Made by a program: the position numbers and the translations under genes | Assembly: GCA_964617475.1 (NCBI GenBank) | Contig: CAZTYM010000010.1 | Location: forward strand, 4,085 to 68,084 | Origin: an uncultured Thiotrichales bacterium | Lineage (GTDB): Bacteria; Pseudomonadota; Gammaproteobacteria; GCA-2400775 | DNA length: 64,000 nt | Reading direction: 5' to 3' | Shown: positions 9,009 to 20,130 of the stretch, one piece after another | Layout of the letters: every line of letters starts with the position of its first letter | Numbering within the stretch: position 1 is the stretch's first letter | Notes under the pieces: model-generated | What the model saw: only the letters and a program-made list of their open reading frames with translations | Told to the model about the DNA's origin: nothing | Database searches by the model: none

Positions 9009-10808
9009 TTACCTTGAGCCTGCTTCACCGATATGATTATCTTGCAGCAGCGCTGTAAATTTCTCAGCGGTTAGCGGAACGCTATACAAAAAACCTTGCA
9101 TTTCTTCACAACCAAAACCCTTTAATATACTCAGTTGTTCCTGAGTTTCGACGCCCTCAGCTATCACACTGAGACCAATTGACTGCGCCATGGCAACAAT
9201 CGCTTCGGCCAAAGTCCTGTCATCCTCATGCGCTGTTAGTCTTTCTACAAAACTGCGGTCTATTTTCAGGCTATTGACAGGTAAACGTGTCAAATAACTC
9301 AGTGAAGCGTAGCCAGTACCGAAATCATCAACCGCAACGCGCGCACCTATTTCTTTTAATTCATTTAACGTACAACGCACTTGTTCAAGTTGGTTAATGA
9401 CCATACTTTCCGTAACTTCAAATTCAAGCGCACTTTTACGAGGGTCGAAGCCCACCTCATCTAGTATTTCCTGTAAATCGTCAAGAAAAGTATCTTGGCA
9501 AATTTGGCAAACAGATAGATTGATCGCTAATCGAAGTTTATCTGCGCCGAACTGCGACCATTGTTGTTTTTGCCTTAAGACATGCTTTATTAACCATTTT
9601 CCTACTTCATTGATTAAACCGATGTCTTCTAATAAAGGTATAAACTGTACCGGTGGTACCAGGCCTTTGCTAGGATGCTGCCATCGCATCAAGGCCTCGA
9701 ATCCGATTATTTCACCGCTGACAATATTGGTCTGCGGTTGATAGTGCACGACAAACTCTTCTCGCTCCAGAGCGTGATAAAGGTCGGCCTCCATGCTTAC
9801 TCTTTCAGAAACCCTGTCGTTCATCTCTGTTGCAAAATATTGGTACTGATTACCACCATGCATTTTTGCATGATGAGTCGCCGTGACCACATTTTTCATG
9901 AGCTGATCGGCGTTTTCTCCATCAAACGGATAAACACTGACACCCATGCTGACACAAAGAAAAATTTCGTTACTGCCCAGCTCAAAAGGTTCAGCAAAAC
10001 ATAGTTTGACTTTTTCTACATGACGAGCGACCTCTTGATGACCTTCAAGTGGATCAACAAGTACAACAAACTCATCGGCAAATACTCGAGACAATACATA
10101 GCCCTCACCCAGCCCTTCTCGCAACCGTTCTGCCACCGACATAAGCAGCTGATCACCCAGCTTATGACCATAGGAATCATTGACTAACTTAAAGCGATCA
10201 ATATCTATTCCAATGACTGCGATACTACTTTCAGTATGCTTGGCTTTGCTTATAGCTGTATTAATTTTTTCCTCACATAACGAACGATTAGGTAGTCCGG
10301 TTTCGTTGTCATAGTTTTCTTTTTGCTGCAATTTCTGATTGGCGTGTGCTAATTTTTCTTCGAGAAAAAAATTGATCTCAGTCAGATCATCATAAGCGTG
10401 GCTTATATCGCGAGTTAACTGCTCTCGTTTTAACGTAAGTTCAAACAAGTCAAACGCGTCTTCGATCGTCGACTTGAATTGCTCATCATCCCAAGGCTTG
10501 AGAAGAAACTTGTATATCGCGCCTTGATTGATCGCATTAACCACCACCTCAGTATCATTTTGACCCGTAAGTACAATACGCACTGTGTTAGGAGTAGTTT
10601 GTCTGACAACTGAAAGAAATTCGATACCGGTTGTCTCCGGCATATTTTGATCACAAACAATGACACCAACGGTTTGTTGTGCCAAATGCTCACTTGCTTC
10701 ATCAGCGTTTTCAGCTGTGAGAATCGTATACCCTTGGTCGCGCAACAGACGAGATAGTGATGAGAGAATATTTGGCTCATCGTCGACCAGCAATAACACT
10801 TTTTCCAT
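9009..10808 (-). CDS. Response regulator with a receiver domain, a degenerate GGDEF domain and an EAL domain (probable c-di-GMP phosphodiesterase)
   Basis: The receiver domain (LLLVDDEP...VIVCDQNMP) starts at the internal MEKVLLLVDD, so the start is trimmed to 10808; the ORF track extends to 10835. The GGDEF position reads RVFADEF, not RxGGDEF. The EAL domain keeps the FEALMRW, DDFGTGYASLSYL, EGVET and QGF motifs. Confidence 0.8.
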   Translation of the reverse strand: MEKVLLLVDDEPNILSSLSRLLRDQGYTILTAENADEASEHLAQQTVGVIVCDQNMPETTGIEFLSVVRQTTPNTVRIVLTGQNDTEVVVNAINQGAIYKFLLKPWDDEQFKSTIEDAFDLFELTLKREQLTRDISHAYDDLTEINFFLEEKLAHANQKLQQKENYDNETGLPNRSLCEEKINTAISKAKHTESSIAVIGIDIDRFKLVNDSYGHKLGDQLLMSVAERLREGLGEGYVLSRVFADEFVVLVDPLEGHQEVARHVEKVKLCFAEPFELGSNEIFLCVSMGVSVYPFDGENADQLMKNVVTATHHAKMHGGNQYQYFATEMNDRVSERVSMEADLYHALEREEFVVHYQPQTNIVSGEIIGFEALMRWQHPSKGLVPPVQFIPLLEDIGLINEVGKWLIKHVLRQKQQWSQFGADKLRLAINLSVCQICQDTFLDDLQEILDEVGFDPRKSALEFEVTESMVINQLEQVRCTLNELKEIGARVAVDDFGTGYASLSYLTRLPVNSLKIDRSFVERLTAHEDDRTLAEAIVAMAQSIGLSVIAEGVETQEQLSILKGFGCEEMQGFLYSVPLTAEKFTALLQDNHIGEAGSR

Positions 10809-11003
10809 CCTTTTAGACCATCCTTCTTGCATCACGCTAGCAAGTAATATTGCTAGGATATGTGGCTATTGGCTATTTATCGGCCAAAACTGGTAACGCG
10901 TTAGCCATCGCCAAGACGCTGGGAAGGTAAGCTCGCTGGCATTAGGATAGAAATGATTTCGAATTTACGGACTGAAAGACGTTTTAGCGTCGTTTATATT
11001 GCG

Positions 11004-11044
11004 CCAAAAACAAAAAAAGGCGCTTCTGCAACCAGAAGCGCCTT
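11004..11044 (-). terminator. Rho-independent terminator after rpsI
   Basis: 10-bp GC-rich stem ggcgcttctg/cagaagcgcc (11019-11028 and 11034-11043) followed on the minus strand by a run of T's (plus-strand A-run at 11006-11018). It lies 25 bp past the rpsI stop. Confidence 0.6.
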
Positions 11045-11066
11045 GATATTCGCAAACGTTGAAAGA

Positions 11067-11459
11067 CTAACGTTTTGAAAACTGAGGTTTTTTACGTGCT
11101 TTACGTAAACCCACTTTCTTGCGCTCAACCTCACGAGCATCGCGGGTAATGAAGCCCGCTTTACGCAGTGGCGCATGGAAAGTTTCATCATACTGCGCCA
11201 GGGCGCGAGCAATACCGTGGCGAATAGCGCCAGCTTGGCCACTACCACCACCGCCTTTGACATTAACTGCGACATCAACGCTATCCGCCACATTGACGGT
11301 TTCGAGCGGTTGACGGACGACCATACGTGCAGTCTGACGACCAAAATAAACGTCTAAGGGACGCTTATTAACGGTGATTTCACCCTTACCAGGCTTGATT
11401 GAAACACGCGCACTTGATGTTTTGCGGCGTCCGGTAAAAAACTGTGCTTGTTCTGCCAT
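11067..11459 (-). CDS. rpsI: 30S ribosomal protein S9
   Basis: 130 aa. The C-terminal [19 protein letters not shown]...KKPQFSKR is the S9 signature. Confidence 0.95.
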   Translation of the reverse strand: MAEQAQFFTGRRKTSSARVSIKPGKGEITVNKRPLDVYFGRQTARMVVRQPLETVNVADSVDVAVNVKGGGGSGQAGAIRHGIARALAQYDETFHAPLRKAGFITRDAREVERKKVGLRKARKKPQFSKR

Positions 11460-11467
11460 GGTGGTTC

Positions 11468-11896
11468 CTAAACTTCTAATGGGGTTGGCTGTTGCGCGGT
11501 ATGCTGATGCTCTGGGCCAGCGTAAACTTTAAGCTTCTTGATCATTGCACGACCGAGTGGGTTACGTGGCAACATACCTTTAACCGCCTTGATAATAATC
11601 TGCTCGGGCGCTTTTTCTTGAAGATCAGAAAAGTTGATGGTTTTGAGATTACCAATATAGCCTGTGTGATGGTGATAAAGCTTATCTTTCGCTTTATTCC
11701 CGGTCACAGCCACCTTCTCAGCGTTAACCACGACAATATAGTCGCCTGTATCAACATGAGGAGTATATTCTGCTTTATGCTTGCCGCGTAGGCGACGAGC
11801 AATTTCACTAGCCATACGACCTAAGGTCTTGCCATTGGCATCAATAACAAACCAGTCGCGTTTGACGGTTTCTGGCTTTGCACTAAACGTTTTCAT
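11468..11896 (-). CDS. rplM: 50S ribosomal protein L13
   Basis: The [20 protein letters not shown]... region is the conserved L13 N-terminus. The ORF-track start at 11947 adds 17 aa unlikely to belong to L13, so the start is trimmed to the internal Met. Confidence 0.9.
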   Translation of the reverse strand: MKTFSAKPETVKRDWFVIDANGKTLGRMASEIARRLRGKHKAEYTPHVDTGDYIVVVNAEKVAVTGNKAKDKLYHHHTGYIGNLKTINFSDLQEKAPEQIIIKAVKGMLPRNPLGRAMIKKLKVYAGPEHQHTAQQPTPLEV

Positions 11897-11993
11897 CAAC
11901 TGTCCGTTCGTAAATCTAGGGGGATTACGTCCAAAAAAAGGTGGCAAATATTAGCCCAATTAGTGAGCAAATACAAGGACTTTGCTTTTTTTG

Positions 11994-12302
11994 CTAGATC
12001 TTGAGCCGATCTACCGGCTTACCATTGAGCAAGTGCTGGTCAATAATCTCGTCAACATCCTCGCGATCAACATAGGTATACCAGGTTTCATCCGGGTAAA
12101 TCACCATAACCGGGCCTAAATCACAGCGATCCAGGCAACCAGCTTTATTAATACGCACCTTATCTTGACCAGACAGTCCCAGCTCTTTAATGCGCTTTTT
12201 GGCGTAATCACGCACTTCGTCAGCATTGTGGTCCTGACAACAGGCGCGGCCGTCGGTGCGTTGATTAGTACAAAAAAAGACATGATATTGGTAAAAACCC
12301 AT
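11994..12302 (-). CDS. Thioredoxin-like [2Fe-2S] ferredoxin family protein
   Basis: 102 aa with four cysteines in a CTN...GRACC...CLDRC arrangement typical of small thioredoxin-fold 2Fe-2S ferredoxins. Assigned on cysteine pattern and size only. Confidence 0.55.
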   Translation of the reverse strand: MGFYQYHVFFCTNQRTDGRACCQDHNADEVRDYAKKRIKELGLSGQDKVRINKAGCLDRCDLGPVMVIYPDETWYTYVDREDVDEIIDQHLLNGKPVDRLKI

Positions 12303-12382
12303 AATAATTCCAGATTGAGTCGCTAGCCCTAAACAAGGGCAGCCAGTATACTCGCTTCAAGTCCGAAACTGTTATACCCGCC

Positions 12383-13024
12383 ATGCAACGCCATTATTCT
12401 GCTTTAGACCGCTTTCTCACCGAAGCTCAAAACCTGATTAACGCTGGCAGTGCTGAAACACATGTTCAACATCGGCCAAGCCCTACATATGGGTTGAGCG
12501 AGCCAGAACTGAACGATTCAGAAAAACAGCTCTCTGCAGCCTTAATGCGCGTTAACCATGCCGGTGAAGTAGCCGCACAAGGCTTGTATCTTGGCCAGTC
12601 GCTAACAGCAAAAACCGAACAAACCCGGCAACAAATGCGTGAGGCTGCGAACGAAGAAGGCGACCACCTGCATTGGTGCGCTCAGCGGTTAGAAGAGCTG
12701 AACAGCCATACCAGTTATCTTGACCCACTATGGTATGCAGGTTCGGTAGTGATTGGCTCGTTAGCCGGTAAAGCGGGTGATAAATGGAGCTATGGCTTTG
12801 TCGAAGAAACCGAAAAACAGGTCATGCATCATCTTGAAGGTCATTTAGAAAAACTGCCCGAACAAGATAAGAAAAGTCGCGCCATTATTGAGCAAATGAA
12901 ATCAGATGAAGCTGAACACGCCGCCAAGGCAAAAGCGGCAGGCGCGTCTGACTTGCCGCAGCCAGTGAAAACAATGATGTCACTCACCGCAAAGGTGATG
13001 ACATTTAGTGCGCGATATATTTAA
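12383..13024 (+). CDS. coq7: Demethoxyubiquinone hydroxylase, Coq7 family (ubiquinone biosynthesis)
   Basis: 213 aa. The RVNHAGEVAAQGLY and EEGDHL/EAEHA motifs are di-iron carboxylate ligand repeats characteristic of Coq7. Confidence 0.8.
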   Translation: MQRHYSALDRFLTEAQNLINAGSAETHVQHRPSPTYGLSEPELNDSEKQLSAALMRVNHAGEVAAQGLYLGQSLTAKTEQTRQQMREAANEEGDHLHWCAQRLEELNSHTSYLDPLWYAGSVVIGSLAGKAGDKWSYGFVEETEKQVMHHLEGHLEKLPEQDKKSRAIIEQMKSDEAEHAAKAKAAGASDLPQPVKTMMSLTAKVMTFSARYI

Positions 13025-13447
13025 TTAGTCCGCGTCACCTTCAGGCTCGGCCTTAGGCGCTAAAGGCGGATGAAAAATAATCTGCACTTTATTTGAATCT
13101 GGATCAAGGCAGTAACAACTGCGTGCGCCATCACGATGTGATTTTGGTTTAGCAACGATAGGCACATCGTTGTCTACTAAGAACGAATGCCATTCATCAA
13201 CCAGCTCAGGTGTATCCACAACAAAGCCGATGTGATCAAGCTTTTGCAGCCTGCTTGGGTTAGGTTCTCGGCGTGAGCGATGCAGCGCTAAATTATCATG
13301 ACCTGAAGTGAGATAAATATTGTCCTCATCAGGTCGCCATTCAACAGTCATACCCATCACATTAACGTAAAAATGTTCAGCCTTATCCATGTTTATAACA
13401 GATAAAGCAACATGATGTAGGCGACCGGTTGACTTTGGGCGTTCCAT
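13025..13447 (-). CDS. VOC (glyoxalase/bleomycin-resistance/dioxygenase) family protein
   Basis: 140 aa. The HHVALSV...FY...GMTVE N-terminal module and overall size are typical of a single VOC domain. Confidence 0.6.
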   Translation of the reverse strand: MERPKSTGRLHHVALSVINMDKAEHFYVNVMGMTVEWRPDEDNIYLTSGHDNLALHRSRREPNPSRLQKLDHIGFVVDTPELVDEWHSFLVDNDVPIVAKPKSHRDGARSCYCLDPDSNKVQIIFHPPLAPKAEPEGDAD

Positions 13448-13487
13448 TATATTCTCCTAAACCTTTATATCTTTATATTCGTTTTCG

Positions 13488-13916
13488 CTAGCTGGCGACA
13501 GCCAGGTCAATAATCTCGTAGTCGTGCGTCACTTCAGCAGCTTTTGCCAACATGATCGACGCTGAACAATATTTATCAGCAGACAAGTCAACTGCCCGCT
13601 TTACTGCTGACTCAGTTAAACCCGTTCCCGAGACAACAAAGTGCAAATGTATTTTGGTAAATACTGCAGGTACTTCGTCCGCTCTTTCGGCACTAAGTTC
13701 AGCCACACAATCAATAACTGGCTTACGTGATTTTTTTAATATATGCACCACATCATAAGCACTGCAACTGCCAACCCCTAAAAGTAGTAATTCCATTGGG
13801 CGCATTCCCATATTGCGGCCACCACCGTCTGGCGGTCCGTCAATCACCACAGCATGACCGCTTTCTGATTCGCCAACGAACATAGCATTCTCAACCCATT
13901 TCACCCGACATTTCAT
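13488..13916 (-). CDS. OsmC/Ohr family peroxiredoxin-like protein
   Basis: 142 aa. Conserved Cys pair (GVGSCSAYD and KYCSAS) in OsmC-like spacing. Confidence 0.7.
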   Translation of the reverse strand: MKCRVKWVENAMFVGESESGHAVVIDGPPDGGGRNMGMRPMELLLLGVGSCSAYDVVHILKKSRKPVIDCVAELSAERADEVPAVFTKIHLHFVVSGTGLTESAVKRAVDLSADKYCSASIMLAKAAEVTHDYEIIDLAVAS

Positions 13917-14020
13917 AAATTTTTCTCAACTAGCTAAAAATAAAGCGGACTATCAATTCGCCGATATAGTGATAATTGCTTGCTGATGCGCGCTACTTAG
14001 CTGCGCAGGAGAAAAATGCG

Positions 14021-14656
14021 ATGGCATTGACCAACCAAAAATTTTCCAACCCGACGATAGATAGTTTTCTAACTCACTGTCATCGTCGCCATTACAATAA
14101 CAAAAACATCATTATTCACGCTGGTGACAACCCAGACGTGTTGCATTATATCGTCAAAGGTTCAGTTACCGTACTGATTGAGGATGACGAAGGGCGAGAA
14201 ATTGTCCTCGCCTATCTGAATGCCGGTGATTTTTTTGGCGAAATGGGTTTATTCGATAGCGAAGCAAAACGCACCGCCTGGATTCGTGCACGTGGCGCAT
14301 GCGAAATTGCCGAAATTAGCTACGAAAAATTCCGTCGTCTTGCTAAAGATGATACAGAAATTCTGTTTTTACTCGCCACACAAATGGCTGTTCGGCTACG
14401 TCGCACCAGCAGCAATGTCGGTCGATTAGCGTTTATGGATGTATCCGGCCGGGTAGCAGGCGCTTTGCTAGAACTAACCAAACAGCCTGATGCCATGACT
14501 CACCCAGATGGCATGCAGATTAAAATCACCCGACAAGAACTTGGTCGCATCGTCGGCTGCTCAAGAGAAATGGTTGGCCGTGTATTAAAAAGTATGGAAG
14601 GACAAGGCGTGATCACTGCACATGGTAAAACCATTGTGGTGCTGGGTGCTCGCTAG
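14021..14656 (+). CDS. crp: cAMP-receptor-protein family global regulator (Crp/Vfr)
   Basis: Near-identical motif blocks to E. coli CRP: [47 protein letters not shown], and the helix-turn-helix [38 protein letters not shown]. The start is trimmed to MALTNQ (AGGAG lies 11 nt upstream); the ORF track starts at 13976. Confidence 0.9.
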   Translation: MALTNQKFSNPTIDSFLTHCHRRHYNNKNIIIHAGDNPDVLHYIVKGSVTVLIEDDEGREIVLAYLNAGDFFGEMGLFDSEAKRTAWIRARGACEIAEISYEKFRRLAKDDTEILFLLATQMAVRLRRTSSNVGRLAFMDVSGRVAGALLELTKQPDAMTHPDGMQIKITRQELGRIVGCSREMVGRVLKSMEGQGVITAHGKTIVVLGAR

Positions 14657-14659
14657 CTT

Positions 14660-15463
14660 TTAAGCAAACAATTCCTGTAGCGCCTGGCCTGGATTATCAG
14701 CTCGCATAAAAGCTTCTCCCACCAAAAAAGCATGCACATCTGCATCGCGCATACGTTTAACATCATCCGCTGTATGAATGCCACTTTCGGTGACTACGAT
14801 TCTATCACTGGGTATTTTATCCAACATATCCAACGTTGTTTCCAAGCTGGTGTCGAAGGTACGTAAATTCCGGTTATTAATGCCGATCAATGGTGTTTCT
14901 AAACGTAATGCCCTTTCTAGTTCATCATCGTCGTGCACTTCCACCAACACGTCCATGCCTAAATTATCCGCTGTTCCGGCCAACTCATGCATCAGCGGAT
15001 CACCCAGCGCAGCGACGATGAGTAAAATTGCATCGGCACCAGCAAGGCGCGCTTCATACACTTGATATGGATCGACCATAAAGTCTTTACGTAATAGTGG
15101 AATAGAAACCGCATCACGCACCTGCGTTAAGTAATCTAAAGAACCCTGGAAAAAATCAACGTCAGTTAATACCGACAAACACGCCGCGCCCGCAGCTTGA
15201 TAACTAGTGGCAATAGCAACAGGATCAAAACTCTCTCGCAACACTCCTTTGCTTGGCGACGCCTTTTTTACTTCAGCAATAATCGCCGCGTCACCATTTT
15301 CTACTCGAGCAGCCATTGCACGGTAAAAACCTTGCGCAGGCGGTAATGCTTCAATATCGGCATGGATTGTCGACAACGGCCGTTGTTCACTAGCCGCTGC
15401 TACCTCTTCTACTTTACGTGCAAGAATACGCGCCAATATATTAGGGGTATTACTTTGTGGCAT
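14660..15463 (-). CDS. trpC: Indole-3-glycerol phosphate synthase
   Basis: 267 aa TIM-barrel protein with the [13 protein letters not shown] and LLIVAAL motifs. Sits in trpE-G-D-C order. Confidence 0.9.
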   Translation of the reverse strand: MPQSNTPNILARILARKVEEVAAASEQRPLSTIHADIEALPPAQGFYRAMAARVENGDAAIIAEVKKASPSKGVLRESFDPVAIATSYQAAGAACLSVLTDVDFFQGSLDYLTQVRDAVSIPLLRKDFMVDPYQVYEARLAGADAILLIVAALGDPLMHELAGTADNLGMDVLVEVHDDDELERALRLETPLIGINNRNLRTFDTSLETTLDMLDKIPSDRIVVTESGIHTADDVKRMRDADVHAFLVGEAFMRADNPGQALQELFA

Positions 15464-15465
15464 GA

Positions 15466-16488
15466 CTAAGCCGCTAATTGCTGACTAAGTTTGACCAAAG
15501 CTGCCAACTTGTTTCTGGCGCTACCATCAGCGATGTGTTCTTTTGCTTTGGCAATACCCTGAGACATGTCATCAGCTAAACCGGCTGCGTAAATCGCTGC
15601 ACCGGCATTCAAAGCAACTATATCTAATGCTGGGCCTTGAACATTATCAAACACCTGATTAATTACAACTAGGCTTTCTTCTGCATTGGCAACAGCTAGA
15701 TCTGCAATATTAGCACGCTGCAGTCCAAAATCTTCAGGCGTGATTTGATAACTTTGCACTTCGCCATCATGCAATTCACTGACATTTGTCGCAGAACCAA
15801 TGCTGATTTCATCAAGGCCATCTTCTGCATTAACCACTAGCACATGCTTACTACCTAAATTCGCTAGCACCTGTGCCAGAGGCTCTAACCAGTCTTTGCT
15901 GAACACACCGAGCACTTGATTAGGTGCGCTTGCAGGATTAGTTAATGGTCCAAGTAAATTAAAAACCGTTCTTACTGCCATTTCTTTTCGCGGCCCAATC
16001 GCATGCTTCATTGCACTGTGATACATGGGCGCGAATAAAAAGCCCACACCCAGTTCATCTATGCAGGTTTTTACTTGTTCCGGGCTCAAGGATAAATTTA
16101 CCCCAGCTGCCTCAAGCAAATCAGCACTGCCGCTTGAACTTGAAACTGAGCGGTTACCATGCTTGGCGACGCTACCACCAGCTGCAGCGACAACAAAGGT
16201 TACCGCCGTTGAAATGTTAAACGTACTTGCGCCATCACCGCCGGTACCGCAGGTATCCACCAAATAAGGTTTGTCAATTTGAATCTGTGTTGCCAAGTCA
16301 CGCATCACTGACGCAGCAGCGGTAATCTCATCAACTGTCTCACCTTTCATTCGTAAACCAATAAGAAAACCACCAACCTGTGCAGGTGTCGCATTACCGC
16401 TCATAATGGCCTGCATGACGGTAGTCATATCTTGACCAGAAATATCTTGACGCTCTGTCACGGCGCGGATTGCTGTTTTTATATCCAT
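15466..16488 (-). CDS. trpD: Anthranilate phosphoribosyltransferase
   Basis: 340 aa. DTCGTGGDG glycine-rich PRPP loop and KHGNRSVSS motif. Confidence 0.9.
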   Translation of the reverse strand: MDIKTAIRAVTERQDISGQDMTTVMQAIMSGNATPAQVGGFLIGLRMKGETVDEITAAASVMRDLATQIQIDKPYLVDTCGTGGDGASTFNISTAVTFVVAAAGGSVAKHGNRSVSSSSGSADLLEAAGVNLSLSPEQVKTCIDELGVGFLFAPMYHSAMKHAIGPRKEMAVRTVFNLLGPLTNPASAPNQVLGVFSKDWLEPLAQVLANLGSKHVLVVNAEDGLDEISIGSATNVSELHDGEVQSYQITPEDFGLQRANIADLAVANAEESLVVINQVFDNVQGPALDIVALNAGAAIYAAGLADDMSQGIAKAKEHIADGSARNKLAALVKLSQQLAA

Positions 16489-16507
16489 GTCGTCGCCTTC
16501 TATCTAT

Positions 16508-17089
16508 TTATTTGGTTGCAATAAAATTACGTAACAAATCGTGACCATGTTGGCTGAGAATAGATTCCGGATGAAACTGTACGCCTTCTACTTTTTCTGT
16601 TTTATGGCGCAGCCCCATGATTTCATCAAGCTCACCGTTTTCATCTTGTGTCCAGGCAGTGATTTCTAAACAATCTGGAAGGCTGTCTTGATCTACTACC
16701 AGTGAATGATAACGCGTCGCTTCGAAAGGGTTATTTAAGCCAGCAAATACACCCTGGCTATTGTGATAGATCATCGATGTCTTGCCATGCATAATTTGTT
16801 TGGCGTGAACAACTTTACCGCCATAGACCTGCCCAATACTTTGGTGGCCTAAACATACGCCGAGAATAGGCACCTGCCCAGCAAAGCGTTGAATAGTTTC
16901 TATCGACACCCCTGCTTGGTTTGGTGCACAAGGGCCAGGTGAGATCACGATACGTTCTGGCTCTAACTCTTTTAGCTGGTCGACCGTAACCAAGTCATTA
17001 CGATAAATACGCACGTCTTCACCTAGCTCGCTTAAATATTGCACGAGGTTATAGGTGAAGGAATCGTAATTGTCGATCATCAATAACAT
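16508..17089 (-). CDS. trpG: Anthranilate synthase component II (glutamine amidotransferase)
   Basis: 193 aa class-I glutamine amidotransferase. GVCLGHQ catalytic Cys and the C-terminal HPES motif. Confidence 0.85.
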   Translation of the reverse strand: MLLMIDNYDSFTYNLVQYLSELGEDVRIYRNDLVTVDQLKELEPERIVISPGPCAPNQAGVSIETIQRFAGQVPILGVCLGHQSIGQVYGGKVVHAKQIMHGKTSMIYHNSQGVFAGLNNPFEATRYHSLVVDQDSLPDCLEITAWTQDENGELDEIMGLRHKTEKVEGVQFHPESILSQHGHDLLRNFIATK

Positions 17090-17104
17090 CAGAAGTAATC
17101 AATC

Positions 17105-18592
17105 TTATCCGGTTTGACTGTTTAAACCTGCTTTGGCTAAGGCAACTGCGCGAAAAATAGCGCGACCTTTATTCATGGTTTCTTTCCATTCAAGGCTAGG
17201 CACGCTATCTGCGACAATTCCAGCTCCGGCTTGAATGTGTAAAGTGCCGTCTTTTATCACCGCAGTACGAATCGCAATTGCAGTATCCATATTACCATTC
17301 CAACCGATATAACCCACTGCACCGGCGTAAACGCCACGCTTGACTGGCTCTAGCTCGTCAATAATTTCCATTGCCCGCACCTTTGGCGCACCACTCACCG
17401 TGCCTGCTGGGAAAGTTGCACGCAGCACATCAAAAGCATTAAGACCAGGTTTGAGCTTACCCAGCACATTAGAAACGATGTGCATAACGTGCGAATAACG
17501 CTCGATCACCATATTTTCTGTTAAGGCAATACTACCCGTTTGCGCTACACGGCCGACATCGTTACGGCCTAAATCTATTAGCATTAAATGTTCTGCGCAT
17601 TCTTTCGGGTCGGCTAATAATTCTTCTTCTAGTGCTAAATCTTCGTCTGCATTCTTACCACGGCGTCGAGTCCCAGCGATCGGTCTAACCGTCACATCGC
17701 CGTTTTCACAACGTGTCAGAATTTCCGGTGACGAACCAACAATATGGAATTCATCCAAATTCAGTAAATACATATAAGGCGACGGGTTTAAGCTGCGCAA
17801 AGCGCGATAAAGTTGAATAGGTTCGCAATCAAACTCTATGGACAAACGCTGCGATAACACCACCTGCATAATGTCACCATCAACAATGTACTGTTTGGCT
17901 TTTTCTACTGCGGCTTCAAAACCCTCTTGGCTAAAACCTGAAACAAAGTCTTCTTCACGCACGGCAGCCGAAGACTGCTTTGAAGCCTGATAATCAAGCG
18001 GTTGAGCCATTTGTTGGCACAGCTCTTCTAATCTCGCTTGCGCTTTATCCCATGCATCGGCATTGGCGGTATTAGCATATACAACGATATACGCTTTACC
18101 GGCCAGGTTATCAAAAACCACGACCTCGTCGGAGACCATCAGTAAAATATCGGGACTAGCCAAGGAATCAATATGGTCTTTATTAGCCAGCCTGGTTTCG
18201 ACATAACGAACGGTGTCATAACCAAAATAGCCTACCAAACCGCCATTAAAACGAGGTAGATAATCTAAATCGGGGACGCGAAATTTAGACTGAAAAGTTT
18301 GTACCCAAGACAGTGGATCCGCTACTGTCGCGTGTTCTATGACATGACCATCTTCAACATATTGCACATCATGGTCGTCAACACGAACATAAGCGCGGCA
18401 CGGTAATCCGATAATAGAATAACGACCCCATTTTTCACCACCATGAACGGATTCGAATAAATAACTCAACGGACCGTCGGCTAACTTAAGGTAAACGCTT
18501 AGCGGTGTGTCGAGGTCTGCGCTGACTTCGCACAATAAAGGAATACGGTTATAGCCCTGGTTTACTAGATGCGTAAATTCTTCGTATTGCAT
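17105..18592 (-). CDS. trpE: Anthranilate synthase component I
   Basis: 495 aa. C-terminal chorismate-binding domain with the [10 protein letters not shown] and [13 protein letters not shown] motifs. Confidence 0.9.
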   Translation of the reverse strand: MQYEEFTHLVNQGYNRIPLLCEVSADLDTPLSVYLKLADGPLSYLFESVHGGEKWGRYSIIGLPCRAYVRVDDHDVQYVEDGHVIEHATVADPLSWVQTFQSKFRVPDLDYLPRFNGGLVGYFGYDTVRYVETRLANKDHIDSLASPDILLMVSDEVVVFDNLAGKAYIVVYANTANADAWDKAQARLEELCQQMAQPLDYQASKQSSAAVREEDFVSGFSQEGFEAAVEKAKQYIVDGDIMQVVLSQRLSIEFDCEPIQLYRALRSLNPSPYMYLLNLDEFHIVGSSPEILTRCENGDVTVRPIAGTRRRGKNADEDLALEEELLADPKECAEHLMLIDLGRNDVGRVAQTGSIALTENMVIERYSHVMHIVSNVLGKLKPGLNAFDVLRATFPAGTVSGAPKVRAMEIIDELEPVKRGVYAGAVGYIGWNGNMDTAIAIRTAVIKDGTLHIQAGAGIVADSVPSLEWKETMNKGRAIFRAVALAKAGLNSQTG

Positions 18593-18607
18593 CAGTGTGA
18601 CTTTTTC

Positions 18608-19288
18608 TTATGCGGCTTGCGCGAATAATTGGACAAGTTCGGTCATACTGTCAATCACGGCATCAGGGTTTGATTCTCGAATATCAACACCATGATTATA
18701 GCCATAACTCATACAGACAATGGAAAAACCTGCTGCCCGAGCCGCTTTTACATCGCTGATAGAATCACCGATCATTAAACATTCATCAGGCGCAACTGAA
18801 AAATGCTCAGCGCCATGTAATAAAGGCAAAGGATCTGGTTTCTTTTTAGGCAAGGTATCGCCACTGATGACGATTTCAAAGTCATCAAATATACCCAAGG
18901 TTTTTAAAAGCGGATGCGTGAACTGTGCTGCTTTATTGGTGACACAACCAACATGCATACCGGTTGATTTTAAGTAATCAATGCCCTCACGCACACCTGG
19001 ATATAAAACGCTGCGTTTACACGTGTTTTCTTCATAGAGCTTAAGAAAAATAGGATAAGCCTGATCAAACAGTGCTTGATCAGGCTCGCCTTCAATAGCA
19101 CCGACCAATGCTCGACGAACCAAGCGCTCTACGCCATTACCTACCCAGTGACGCACTTTATCTTCACCATGTGAAGGTCTGCCTAGAACTTTCACCATTT
19201 CATCAACACAATAAGCCAGATCAGGAACACTATCGACCATAGTTCCATCGACGTCGATGAGTACCGCTTTCGGCAGAGCTTCAAACAT
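18608..19288 (-). CDS. gph: HAD-superfamily phosphoglycolate phosphatase
   Basis: 226 aa. DVDGTMVDS HAD motif I and GDSISD motif III. The rpe-gph-trpE arrangement matches Pseudomonas-type synteny. Confidence 0.7.
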   Translation of the reverse strand: MFEALPKAVLIDVDGTMVDSVPDLAYCVDEMVKVLGRPSHGEDKVRHWVGNGVERLVRRALVGAIEGEPDQALFDQAYPIFLKLYEENTCKRSVLYPGVREGIDYLKSTGMHVGCVTNKAAQFTHPLLKTLGIFDDFEIVISGDTLPKKKPDPLPLLHGAEHFSVAPDECLMIGDSISDVKAARAAGFSIVCMSYGYNHGVDIRESNPDAVIDSMTELVQLFAQAA

Positions 19289-19303
19289 ATTTACTAATCT
19301 ATT

Positions 19304-19990
19304 TTAGCTACGAGCGCGTGCGATTTCGGTACGCATCTCATCAATAACTGTTTTATAGTCATCTGCGCCGAAAATAGCTGAACCAGCAACAAAAGTATCT
19401 GCACCCGCCGCAGCGATATCGTAGATATTATTAGTTTTAACACCACCATCAATTTCTAAACGGATATCGAAACCACTATCGTCAATCATCTTACGCGCCT
19501 CTTGTAGCTTATCTAGCGCTGACGGGATAAAAGATTGGCCACCAAAACCAGGGTTCACCGACATTAAAAGAATCATATCCACTTTATCCATAACATGCGT
19601 TAAGTGGTGCAATGGTGTGGCTGGGTTAAATACCAAGCCCGATTTACAACCGCGATCACGCACAAGCTGTAATGAGCGATCAATATGTTCACTGGCTTCT
19701 GGGTGGAAGGTGATATAGCTGGCACCGGCATCGGCAAAATCACCAATGATACGATCAACCGGCTTTACCATTAAATGAACATCAATTTCAGCCGTAACAC
19801 CATGCTTTCTCAAGGCATCACATACCAAAGGACCAATGGTTAAATTCGGCACGTAGTGGTTATCCATGACATCAAAGTGAACAATATCAGCGCCTGCCGC
19901 TAGGACATTATCGACTTCCTCGCCTAACTTCGCGAAGTCTGCTGAAAGTATAGAAGGTGCAATTTTTGCGTCTAACATAGTCTTTACCAT
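19304..19990 (-). CDS. rpe: Ribulose-phosphate 3-epimerase
   Basis: 228 aa. [31 protein letters not shown] and [12 protein letters not shown] motifs. Confidence 0.9.
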   Translation of the reverse strand: MVKTMLDAKIAPSILSADFAKLGEEVDNVLAAGADIVHFDVMDNHYVPNLTIGPLVCDALRKHGVTAEIDVHLMVKPVDRIIGDFADAGASYITFHPEASEHIDRSLQLVRDRGCKSGLVFNPATPLHHLTHVMDKVDMILLMSVNPGFGGQSFIPSALDKLQEARKMIDDSGFDIRLEIDGGVKTNNIYDIAAAGADTFVAGSAIFGADDYKTVIDEMRTEIARARS

Positions 19991-20061
19991 TTTAGTTGAA
20001 AACTTGTATCGCTTAAGCGTTTGCCAAAGCTAAAAAATTTAGCACTGGATTTATTTTCAGT

Positions 20062-20110
20062 GCCCATAAACAAATAAAGCGCCCCTTACTGCTAAGGGGC
20101 GCTCTACCAT
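20062..20110. terminator. Bidirectional rho-independent terminator between actF and rpe
   Basis: 11-bp perfect GC-rich stem agcgcccctta/taaggggcgct (20078-20088 and 20093-20103) with loop ctgc. It is flanked by T-rich tracts on both strands (tatttgtttat on the minus strand, ctcttttaaa on the plus strand) and lies 28 bp past the actF stop. Confidence 0.65.
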
Positions 20111-20130
20111 CTCTTTTAAACCTTGTTAAA

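Noticed and set aside
10836-10870. ctagcaagtaatattgctag near-palindrome upstream of the GGDEF-EAL regulator gene
   Set aside because: Only 7-bp arms with an asymmetric 6-bp centre; it is common by chance in AT-rich promoter DNA. Noted, but not strong enough to call an operator.
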